A DNA stretch of 64,000 nucleotides, from positions 64,825 to 128,824 of the forward strand of contig CAIPNE010000714.1 of assembly GCA_903866355.1 (NCBI GenBank), written 5' to 3'. The position numbers were made by a program, and so were the translations under genes. Shown here in pieces: positions 1 to 8,683 of this stretch. The notes under the pieces were generated by a model, which worked only from the letters and a program-made list of their open reading frames with translations, made no database searches and was not told the origin of the DNA. Origin of the DNA: an uncultured Gammaproteobacteria bacterium (lineage in GTDB: Bacteria; Pseudomonadota; Gammaproteobacteria; Ga0077536). Position 1 is the stretch's first letter; each line of letters starts with the position of its first letter.

Positions 1-3000
1 CAGCGCCACTTCGTTGGTCGGCTCAGTGCAAGTGACAATCGCATCCCCGGTTGGTGAGTGTGCCAGTTCAGTCACGTCGAGGTTGACTGCGTTCGGGTTG
101 CTCACACCACCCAGCCGCATGAAGTATCTGATGTGGGCAATTTCGGTGTACAGATCGGAGACGTAGAGGTCATCCTCAAAGGTGCCGGTGAGGTCGATTT
201 CCACAATGTAGACCTGATCCAGGGTGTCGGGTACCTCAAAGAATGAGGACTGGTAGGTGAACCACTTTCCGACTGTAGGATTCTGGATTTCTTCTTCGTG
301 TATGTAGACGCCGTCGCTCACTCGTCGCAGTCGCAGCGTGATGAAGTTGCTGTTCTGGATCGGCTTGTAGAACGTGCAGCAGATCCGCACCTGAGCGCCG
401 GGGAAGTAGTTGGTCTGCTGGATAACCCGTACGCCCGCAGATCCGGACCCGGCAGCCCGCCGGAAATGCAGTGCCCGGTTGCCTTTATAGGTCCGCTCAG
501 GGTCAATCCAGATAGCGACGGTAGCGCGAGCGTTGCCCCAGTTGACATTCTCGTCGGCCCACTCTGCGAACTGATCGCCCCACATACCCGGCGGCATGGT
601 CGTCGGACTGGTGTACCACGACAAAGCATTCTTATCGACGTTCTTGTTCAGCGGATCGTTTTGCGCCCACATCCGGTCAGAGCGGCGCAGACCTGAGTCG
701 CGGAAATCGCAAATGACCTTGTTGAACTTGGAGAACGTGATGAATCGGTTGTACAGGAAGCCCCGGCCACCGTTGCGCGGCTCAGCCTTGACCTCTGCGA
801 TCCAGAACTGGCCTGCGGTGACCCCAGCCGTGATTCTGAATCGGATAGCAAGGGCATCGACTCCATCGGACGGGACGGCATAGGTGCCCAGCAGGTGGGT
901 GAACGTAACGCCGTTCGTCCTGCCGGTTGGGTTGTCAATCGACACCCGTGATGCATTGCCGTCCAGCGCCGTGGGCGGGGTGTACCCCGGCGCAGCGGTA
1001 TTGGCCGATGCCGGGTCGAGGGTTTCGACACCCACCACTTCGCCGTCTAAGTAGGAGATAACATCCATGACGATTTGGGCGGTCGGAGACATCGGCTCAC
1101 CCCAGTAGGCGGTGCCGGGAGTGTAGCCGGGGTTGGGTTCCCCGATTCTCTCCCAGTAGAAGCCTCCGTAAAAGACAACTTCGCCGGGATAGTAGTCGGC
1201 TCCGTTATTGTAATTGCCTTTGTAGCTTGTCCCAAAAGCGGCGGGGAAGGTCGCACTCTCTGCGCCGACAAACTTAACGGATGCGCCGATAACCACTTCG
1301 TCCAGCGGATCGACCTTAAAGGGCGTCTTGGCCGTCAAGCTGACTTCGGTGCCGTCTGCAACGATACTGGCCGACCCCACCCGGTTTCCGGAGTAGCTGT
1401 CTTGGGTGCCGTCCCACACCCAGTCGCCCACCGTGACCCAGGAGTCGAGGTCGGCGAGGTCGAGGTCGGCATCGGTGTATGGCGATCCGGCGGCGGTGAC
1501 CGCACCAGTAATCGCTTGTGAGACATTGGTGAAGCGCCACTGGTTTGGGTCGTACACCTTAAAGTCGAAGGACAGCGGATCTTCATAGTCGATGTAGGTC
1601 GTCGCGTATGCGGCCACTTCACGGATACCGGCGAAGTACCCGATTGCAGCAGTGCGTGTTGCGGTCAGTGTGCGGTAGACGTGCGTTTCGGTGGTATTGA
1701 AGCGCACCCGCTGAGTAGTTGACGTTGTCGTAGTCAGGCTGGTTGAAACCGGCCCGCTCATAGGCGACGAGCCTTGTACGACGGAGTTGGTTCCGAAAAG
1801 CCCCCACTGGATTCCGGAGAAGATCGACTCCATGATCGCAGCAGGCATCTTCAGCAGACCGCCGGGGAAAAGCCAATAGTCTTTGCCCATCGCTGGGGTG
1901 ACCGGGGCCGCACCAGGATAAGACACGGTCGGCGCGAAGGCAGTAGATATTGCAGTGGCGATAGGTGTGGACACAGTCGCACCCAGCCCTTGAATGGGCA
2001 TGGTGCCTATGATTTTGTTGACCGTTTGTCCCGCAAGAATCTGCGGCTGAATATCCCTGCGTCGGTAGATCAGGCTACTGGTGGCTTCGTTCCGCAGCGC
2101 AATAGATGTACTGGGGTCGGCGGTTGCTCCGGTGGATTGGCCCAGTGCGGTAGCTACGGTGTTCGGGATACTGCCAGTTTCGGATGCTGACCCAATGGCT
2201 GCCGCCACGGGCTGAACCGTAGAAACCGTCGAGGCTTCAATAGCAGCATTAACGGCTCTGGGGTCTAGCCAGTTGACGCTGGAAATCCCCGCGACAAGGT
2301 TCCCGACATTGCCCAGCAGACCGTTGATGGATTCCCCGATATTGGTGACCGCACCCTTGACCGCACCAACAACGGTTTCAATTGCTCCTGGCGTATGAAC
2401 ATTCTTCGGAGACGGCAGGACAGTGGCCTGCATGTCGGTCCCCGGCACGTTTGTCGTCGTAGAGGTCGTGGTGGTCACATCGGCGTACACCGAAATCGGG
2501 AAAACCTCGTACGTCGTCTGGATGCCAGTGTCGTAAACCGGATAGGGTTCGGCAGTGAGCTTGGAGAACTCCATCTTGATCCACTTGGTGGAGATTTGCC
2601 TGGGGAAGAAGATCTTGCCCCGCTGGACGGTGTAGTCCCGCCAGATCGGGGTCCACCTACGGCTAACGTGCATGCTGGGGGACGAACCGCCGACCGGGAA
2701 GCGCTGTGCCGTCCAGTCGCACGAAAATACAGAATTGTCCAGGCTGCTGGAAGTTACCTCGCCTTGGGAGTCCGGAGTGATCGGGTCGGGATCAACGTAG
2801 GCAATCGGGTTGACCATAAAGCTCTCATGGTCATTGAGCCAGCTTGACAGCTTGATGATGTGTGCGGTCAAGAGGCCACGGAACTTGGAGAAGCTGACTT
2901 CGCCGTCGAGGGTGATGTAGTTCGGAAGGGCAAGGGTGTTCGGCGTATAGGAGTAGCCGATCTGACTGCCCTTCGACATCACCGAAATAAACACCGCAGA

Positions 3001-5106
3001 GCCGGGTGAGTCGTATGCCCATCCGGCGACGATGCGCAACGGCTCATTCTGAGTCAGCGGTGGCGACAGCGGTGCTTCAAAGTATTTCGATGTCGTACCG
3101 TTGGTGAACTCCAGCACGATCTTTCCGTAACCCAGGTTGCCCACGTCGTAGTACAGGCGCGGCCAGAATTGGCCGGATTCGGGGTTTTCAGGAATGATTT
3201 CCAGCAGTACCGGGTTGTCTCCTGGCGGGCTGGTGGCGGTGAAGTCGGGGGTCCACTCCACACCGATCCAGCAGTTCTTTTTGACCAGCGGGCCAACCCT
3301 GAACGGAGCGACAAACTCCGATTCCTCCGACCCCGTCGCTACATCCCACAGACCCCTGCCTGCTTGCCAGCGGGTGTGGGCTTCGACGGTTGGGGGAACA
3401 GAAATCGGTGACGGGTTGAGCGTGACCCCGTCCGGATCATCGTTGGTGTAGTAGATATTGAGGGCATTGCCGGTATAGATAGGGTCGATGTACAGAGTGT
3501 CGATGAGTTGCGGTGACCCATCCGCAGTTCGTACGTCAAGATAGAGCGAAACCACAGCGTCAGGAGTCGGCTGAGCCGACGAGCGCCAGAATGTGGCAGG
3601 GTTGTTGTCGATAGCTTTCGGGGCGTCCCAGTCCTTGATGTACGTCTCTACTACGTTGCCCAAAGCATCTTCAGTGATGGTGGTGGCGCGGATGCCGGAA
3701 GGCCGGTCGTACATATTGCGGCGCATCAGGACGTTGCGCAAACCGACGCAGTAGGGGCGGGTTCCCATGGCCGGGTCGGGCAGTCGAGTCAGTCGGAACT
3801 GAACCGCCTTGGCAAGGGTGGGACTGGTGTAGGCGGTATAGGGGTGCCAGTTCTCCGTGAATGACGCAGGCAGCGTCAGACTGACTGGGTTGCGGTTTTC
3901 ATCCAGCATGGCCCGCCAGTTGTCCTGCCGGTCGTGGTACCATACGTCGATTCTGGCCGGAACCTTGACCGCCTGGAATGACACATCATTGATCGGCATG
4001 GGGAGCTTGAAATTGACCTGGAGGACTTCGGTCTTCTGTTCAAACGTGCGAGCGGTCTTGTATTTTTGACCGACATCCCGCAGGTACTGAAGAGCGATCT
4101 GGTAGCTGGTCATCCCATTTCGTGGGTCGCCAGGAGGTGGTTCGGTGGGGTAGGTCATGTGACCACCACCTACTGTTCCAATGATGTCAAAAATCTCAGT
4201 AATGCCCTCAAAAACTTCAGTAATGGTGTTCCAGTTAAGAGCGTTTAGGTTGGCACCGATGAACGCAGCGAGGTCATTCCCGGTGAATCTCCCGATGAGT
4301 AGTGACCACAAAGTTGTCCAGTCCACACCTAGCAAAGAGTTGCCGGTTGCCCCGATAAGTTCTTTATCGTTGGCGAACTCCCACCACAGATCCGGAGTAT
4401 TTTTTAGGCGCTGTTCGGCAGAAAAGTTTCCGTGACTCAGCCCGTTCGACCCATCCAGGTCATCCCATGCAACCGGCTCAATTGCCCCAGGAAAAAGTTT
4501 TCCGGCCTGTCGGCAAGGATTACCAAAAGATATGCCAGCAAGGAGGTCTGCTTTTCTGTGCTGTAGCCGACCACCTTGAATCTCTTCCAACACCTTGGAC
4601 ATAACGGCAGCGCCCTGGCTATACCCTCCCAAAGCGAATGCGCCTGGGGTGTCGTTAATCATAGAGATTGTTTTCTCGACGCCCTCCCTCATTGATTGAC
4701 CAAACGGGAACATTGCATTGGCAAAGCTAACGGTCTTTACCGTCCACAAGTCAGCGTCAACCATTCGGTGGAAGGGGTCATTGGCGGGTGCCCAGGCCCA
4801 TTCGTAGAGCTTTCCATCAAGATCGCTGAAGGTCACACTCATTGGGGCGTAGATGGGCAACACCCCGAATCCAAAAAAATCAAACCAGTTGTGGGTTCCG
4901 GTGGAGTAGAAAAACGTCGGCTTCGGGACATCGCCTTGAGAGGCGGGTCGTGGCTGAGAGAACCACTCGCGGCCCTTGGAGGCGTCCACTATGGCATTGG
5001 GGGAATTGGGAGATTCGGCCTGCTGGGACAGCAGCTTGCGGATAGCGTTGTAGATGCCCAGCGGGATGTGGAACTCGTAGTACATGCTGTCGATAGGGTT
5101 AGTCAT
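1..5106 (-). CDS. Giant distal tail/baseplate-associated structural protein. It is 3'-truncated by the window edge, with more than 1,700 codons open. Its N-terminal region carries a cutinase/lysin-B-like serine esterase motif.
   Basis: Own reverse-complement translation from the ATG at 5104-5106 (ATGA overlap with the stop of the upstream gene) shows no stop codon down to position 1. The track does not list it, presumably because it is incomplete. Residues about 150-200 read ...TPGAFALGGYSQGAAVMSKVLEE... followed by ...LAGISFGNPCRQAG..., which matches the G-Y-S-Q-G nucleophile elbow and FGDP-like motif of cutinase-family esterases. It is the last gene of the baseplate/fibre block. Confidence 0.6.
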   Translation of the reverse strand, partial: MTNPIDSMYYEFHIPLGIYNAIRKLLSQQAESPNSPNAIVDASKGREWFSQPRPASQGDVPKPTFFYSTGTHNWFDFFGFGVLPIYAPMSVTFSDLDGKLYEWAWAPANDPFHRMVDADLWTVKTVSFANAMFPFGQSMREGVEKTISMINDTPGAFALGGYSQGAAVMSKVLEEIQGGRLQHRKADLLAGISFGNPCRQAGKLFPGAIEPVAWDDLDGSNGLSHGNFSAEQRLKNTPDLWWEFANDKELIGATGNSLLGVDWTTLWSLLIGRFTGNDLAAFIGANLNALNWNTITEVFEGITEIFDIIGTVGGGHMTYPTEPPPGDPRNGMTSYQIALQYLRDVGQKYKTARTFEQKTEVLQVNFKLPMPINDVSFQAVKVPARIDVWYHDRQDNWRAMLDENRNPVSLTLPASFTENWHPYTAYTSPTLAKAVQFRLTRLPDPAMGTRPYCVGLRNVLMRRNMYDRPSGIRATTITEDALGNVVETYIKDWDAPKAIDNNPATFWRSSAQPTPDAVVSLYLDVRTADGSPQLIDTLYIDPIYTGNALNIYYTNDDPDGVTLNPSPISVPPTVEAHTRWQAGRGLWDVATGSEESEFVAPFRVGPLVKKNCWIGVEWTPDFTATSPPGDNPVLLEIIPENPESGQFWPRLYYDVGNLGYGKIVLEFTNGTTSKYFEAPLSPPLTQNEPLRIVAGWAYDSPGSAVFISVMSKGSQIGYSYTPNTLALPNYITLDGEVSFSKFRGLLTAHIIKLSSWLNDHESFMVNPIAYVDPDPITPDSQGEVTSSSLDNSVFSCDWTAQRFPVGGSSPSMHVSRRWTPIWRDYTVQRGKIFFPRQISTKWIKMEFSKLTAEPYPVYDTGIQTTYEVFPISVYADVTTTTSTTTNVPGTDMQATVLPSPKNVHTPGAIETVVGAVKGAVTNIGESINGLLGNVGNLVAGISSVNWLDPRAVNAAIEASTVSTVQPVAAAIGSASETGSIPNTVATALGQSTGATADPSTSIALRNEATSSLIYRRRDIQPQILAGQTVNKIIGTMPIQGLGATVSTPIATAISTAFAPTVSYPGAAPVTPAMGKDYWLFPGGLLKMPAAIMESIFSGIQWGLFGTNSVVQGSSPMSGPVSTSLTTTTSTTQRVRFNTTETHVYRTLTATRTAAIGYFAGIREVAAYATTYIDYEDPLSFDFKVYDPNQWRFTNVSQAITGAVTAAGSPYTDADLDLADLDSWVTVGDWVWDGTQDSYSGNRVGSASIVADGTEVSLTAKTPFKVDPLDEVVIGASVKFVGAESATFPAAFGTSYKGNYNNGADYYPGEVVFYGGFYWERIGEPNPGYTPGTAYWGEPMSPTAQIVMDVISYLDGEVVGVETLDPASANTAAPGYTPPTALDGNASRVSIDNPTGRTNGVTFTHLLGTYAVPSDGVDALAIRFRITAGVTAGQFWIAEVKAEPRNGGRGFLYNRFITFSKFNKVICDFRDSGLRRSDRMWAQNDPLNKNVDKNALSWYTSPTTMPPGMWGDQFAEWADENVNWGNARATVAIWIDPERTYKGNRALHFRRAAGSGSAGVRVIQQTNYFPGAQVRICCTFYKPIQNSNFITLRLRRVSDGVYIHEEEIQNPTVGKWFTYQSSFFEVPDTLDQVYIVEIDLTGTFEDDLYVSDLYTEIAHIRYFMRLGGVSNPNAVNLDVTELAHSPTGDAIVTCTEPTNEVAL

Positions 5107-6455
5107 CAGGTACTCACAAAGGTGGCAGGATCGACCCAATCACCGGCCAGAGTGTTGGGTCGCTGGGCAGTAAGACTGGTCGATACCGTGGACTCCTGGG
5201 CAGGAGCAGAATAGGCCACAGCGTATTCGGCCCAGTAGGTGGTCTTAGGATTGCTTGACACCTTAATAGGCAGCTTGTAGTGCAGATCGTCGGCAATGCC
5301 GCCTTGGGCTTGGACATTTATCTTTTTGTCTGCGATGTAAGCCGACTGACTTGCCCACGGGAACTGATACGGGCTACGGTCGGGATTCAGAGCAGGGACC
5401 GCTAGTGGTGTGATGCCGTATTTGCCGCCGGGGTAATTGTCGGGAGCATCGGCCTTTTCGTAATTAATCCACTCAGTGTATGCCCCGGTGGACCGAAAGA
5501 TTTCAAAGTTCGGCTCAGATTTGATTGAGCCGTCAGGCTGTAGCGTCCCGTAGGTAACGGAGTCGATGGGTGACCTTTCGCCGCCGCCAATCAGGTAGTA
5601 GTACGAATACTCGCTGGTGACGTTGAATGCAGCGTAGGGCGCTAATTGAGCGTTATCGGTGGCATCGAAGAGCCACAGTTCGGATGGATTGAGGTTGAGG
5701 TTCAAGTCGGTGGAGGTCATCGTTTTGATGACCGGGCTGGCAACCACGCTCTTTTGGACTTCGTAGTATGTCGAAGTGGCGGCAATAGCTGAAATCTTCG
5801 CGGGCGCGAGCATCGACAAGCCACGAAGGTTGATGGAAATAATCGTGTCAACAGGAGTAATCCTGTCCAGCATGTCGCGCAGCAGCCGGAACTCTTCGGG
5901 CGACAACACATCCTTATGGGGGCGAACAGTCAGTTCGTTTCGGGCAGAGTACTGAGCGCGACCAAGGTTCTCCCCCAGGCCGAAGGCGTCGATGTATCGC
6001 CACGTCTCCAGAAGCGTGCAGTCGGTCCCGGTGGCAGCTTGCGAACACATCCGGACGCCTTGCGGAGTCCCACCTAGCGAGCAGGCAGCGAAGAAGTTTT
6101 TGATCCTGGCCCGATACCACGCATCCTTGACCCTGACTTCATTCCACTGATCCGACGTAAGCATGTCAGTCATTGGGCTGTACGAGTAGGACTCTGCCGG
6201 GGAGCGACCCAGGAAATTGATCTTAGAGAAGATGTAGTCCAGGTCATTGAAGTAAATCGTCTCCAGCGCGTTGGTGAGCCGCGCTAGGAAGGACTGGTTC
6301 AGTAGGCTCCCGGCCCCGGTGGTGCCACAGATGGAGTCAACGAACTTATAGAGCAGGGTGTCGGGAGTAGCCGTGTAGATCTGCTCATCGAAGTGAGCTA
6401 GCCGAAGCTCCGTAGAGATTGGCGGCAATACGGGGAAGGGGGCGACTGAAACCAT
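5106..6455 (-). CDS. Baseplate wedge / fibre-attachment protein, possibly gpI-like by its position after the J-like gene
   Basis: 449-aa ORF sharing the ATGA junction with the giant gene. Its position follows the Baseplate_J-like gene. No diagnostic motif was recognised. Confidence 0.4.
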   Translation of the reverse strand: MVSVAPFPVLPPISTELRLAHFDEQIYTATPDTLLYKFVDSICGTTGAGSLLNQSFLARLTNALETIYFNDLDYIFSKINFLGRSPAESYSYSPMTDMLTSDQWNEVRVKDAWYRARIKNFFAACSLGGTPQGVRMCSQAATGTDCTLLETWRYIDAFGLGENLGRAQYSARNELTVRPHKDVLSPEEFRLLRDMLDRITPVDTIISINLRGLSMLAPAKISAIAATSTYYEVQKSVVASPVIKTMTSTDLNLNLNPSELWLFDATDNAQLAPYAAFNVTSEYSYYYLIGGGERSPIDSVTYGTLQPDGSIKSEPNFEIFRSTGAYTEWINYEKADAPDNYPGGKYGITPLAVPALNPDRSPYQFPWASQSAYIADKKINVQAQGGIADDLHYKLPIKVSSNPKTTYWAEYAVAYSAPAQESTVSTSLTAQRPNTLAGDWVDPATFVST

Positions 6456-6456
6456 T

Positions 6457-8262
6457 CTAGGTAGCAGCCTTCCGGATGATCCTGACGTTGCGGTACATCA
6501 TCACTTGGTTGTCGGCCAGCTTGAAGTCCTCCGTCCTGATGACATCCGGAACGGTGTCGGCAGAGTTGGTGAATAGCTGGATTCCGTAGTTGGTCGAGTT
6601 CTCTGCTGCCGTGGTCACCTTTACGTCCACCACACCCAGGCATTGCTGGACGGCCATGCAGATGTTCGACAGCTTGAAGCTGGCCCCAAAGTTCAGGCCC
6701 TGGAAATACTTCTGGAGCCGGTTGATGATTGCGCTGTTCACCACAGATATGGAATAGGCGCGGTCGTATTCGATAGATAGGCACGGCTGGACGTACTGAT
6801 AGTCAGCCTGGTGAACCAGCACATCTGTCGTGATCTGCTTGTTCTGTGCCACCAGCGAATTAACTACTTCCGGCACGCGGTTATACACAAACTTCAGCGT
6901 GGTTTCGGTGCCGTTGGTGGGGCCTCTCCCCGACAGCCACTCAATGCCGCATATCTCGCGGTGGGAACCCGTCAGCAGAGTCGTGGTGTTGGCGTAATTC
7001 CTGGTCGTGGTCCGGATGACGTGGTAGTCAACCCCTTGGGTGTAAACAGAAGAGCCGATGGTGAGCTTTTCGGGGAAAGATACAATCGGAACACTGCCCA
7101 GCCTGATAAACCGACTGCTCAATGCAGGGGTGGAGTTGTCCCCGATCCGCTCAAAGTTCATGTTGTATAGCGGATCTGCGGACACCGCAGACAGCGTCTG
7201 CGCAGTGACTACGGTGCGCTCCGTTACAGGAAACGGATCAATTCCGTCTACAAAGATGTCTACCTTATTTGTAACCTTGTTGTCAGGATCATTTCGGGAG
7301 GCCGATGGGGTGTACTGGAACTCCACGTCCACTACGTCGCCAACCGACAGCGCACTTCCGGTAGACAGATTCAGGGTTGGCGTGGTGTAGCCCGACAGGC
7401 TGTAGTCAGTTTCGGGGACGTAGAAACGCTCCGTTGATTGCCCCAGGTCGGTGAAGACGCTGGCTCCGTCGCGCCAAATATGCTTGACGCCGCTGACGGG
7501 AATCGTAGTCGCGGTGTTCAGGATTTCGACCTGGGTCTTGTACAGCTTGATCGGGCCGACCACACTGGCGCGACTGACGTTGACATTCTGCAAAGCCAGG
7601 GAAATGTACCAATCGCTCGTCCCGGCAATGTTGCGCAGCAGCGTGTCCTTGAACCGCTGGCGCAAAGCAGGATCTGTTTCGGTATCAACCCCTCCGGTCG
7701 TGGAGGCCAGGTTCGTGACGGTGGTAGCGCCAAGCTGGGCGCTGACGGCGGCGATGGAGTCGGGCGGCACATTCCCGACGCTGCCGACCACGGTACATTC
7801 CACCGGGATGTCAATGCTGTAGTTGCCCGACGTGAGGATCGCCGCCTGGGACGTGGAGAAGCTGATTGTCCCACTCGTCCCGGCCATACCTGGCTTGGTG
7901 GTGAACTGGGTACCGACCGGAATCGGAGTGTCTACACTGCTGGCAGTCTCTACCTTCATTCGGACCACCCCTTTGGAGGGGCGTCCCTGGAGCCGTCCGA
8001 AACCAAAAATCCCGACAAACTGCTCCAGTTCCAAACCGACTTTGGTGTCGATGTCCAGCAGCGAGCCGGTCAGGTACTGGCTGATGTAGGCGGCAGAGAT
8101 AGCCTCTGAGCAGGCGTCGATGATTTTCCGCTCAGGTGTACCAAGCTCGCAGGACAGGCCGGGAGCCGTGGTGTTCAGCGTGGCGATGATGGAGGCCGAA
8201 ATGTCGGCAGGACTTTTAGGCACCTTGGGATACCGCAATCGTGGCTTGGGCATTATCGGCAT
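6457..8262 (-). CDS. Baseplate_J-like (gp47/gpJ-type) baseplate protein
   Basis: 601 aa. The N-terminal region ...ELGTPERKIIDACSEAISAAYISQYLTGSLLDIDTKVGLELEQFVGIFGFGRLQGRPSKGVV... resembles the conserved Baseplate_J signature. It sits between the small W-like gene and the wedge gene. An alternative start at the ATG at 8253 is possible. Confidence 0.5.
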   Translation of the reverse strand: MPIMPKPRLRYPKVPKSPADISASIIATLNTTAPGLSCELGTPERKIIDACSEAISAAYISQYLTGSLLDIDTKVGLELEQFVGIFGFGRLQGRPSKGVVRMKVETASSVDTPIPVGTQFTTKPGMAGTSGTISFSTSQAAILTSGNYSIDIPVECTVVGSVGNVPPDSIAAVSAQLGATTVTNLASTTGGVDTETDPALRQRFKDTLLRNIAGTSDWYISLALQNVNVSRASVVGPIKLYKTQVEILNTATTIPVSGVKHIWRDGASVFTDLGQSTERFYVPETDYSLSGYTTPTLNLSTGSALSVGDVVDVEFQYTPSASRNDPDNKVTNKVDIFVDGIDPFPVTERTVVTAQTLSAVSADPLYNMNFERIGDNSTPALSSRFIRLGSVPIVSFPEKLTIGSSVYTQGVDYHVIRTTTRNYANTTTLLTGSHREICGIEWLSGRGPTNGTETTLKFVYNRVPEVVNSLVAQNKQITTDVLVHQADYQYVQPCLSIEYDRAYSISVVNSAIINRLQKYFQGLNFGASFKLSNICMAVQQCLGVVDVKVTTAAENSTNYGIQLFTNSADTVPDVIRTEDFKLADNQVMMYRNVRIIRKAAT

Positions 8263-8632
8263 TGCGCACAGATACCGTGGCAGACACAGTGTCGTACGAA
8301 ATAGCGACGTTAATGGCGTCGATGGAATACAGCAGTTCGGAATAGCTGTAGCGCTGAGGCGCAGCCTTCAGGCCCTGAAGCTGAACCGACTGGTAGTTCT
8401 GGAGGATGCGCAGCACTTCGCTCTGGATCTTGGAGCGGGTGTTGTCGGTAATGAGTGAACCAATGAAATCGGGCAGGACCGACCCCAGTTTGGGGTGGAA
8501 CCTGTCGATGCCATACCGTTCGGTAACCCACAGGCAAAGGTCTTGTTTCAGCTTTTCGCTGCCGTAGACGATAGCCATGGAGTTGCCGGTACGGACCAGA
8601 TCCCCGTTGGCGATAGCCAAGCTGTACGTCAC
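8216..8632 (-). CDS. Small baseplate protein (gp25/gpW-like by size and position only)
   Basis: 138 aa with a GTG start preceded by GAGGAGG at an 8-nt spacing. It lies immediately upstream of the J-like gene, as in Mu/P2-type baseplate gene order. Confidence 0.35.
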   Translation of the reverse strand: MTYSLAIANGDLVRTGNSMAIVYGSEKLKQDLCLWVTERYGIDRFHPKLGSVLPDFIGSLITDNTRSKIQSEVLRILQNYQSVQLQGLKAAPQRYSYSELLYSIDAINVAISYDTVSATVSVRNADNAQATIAVSQGA

Positions 8633-8683
8633 GGCTTTACCTCCTCATATCTTCTAGGAGGTCACCGGGGCGGGCACAGGGTT

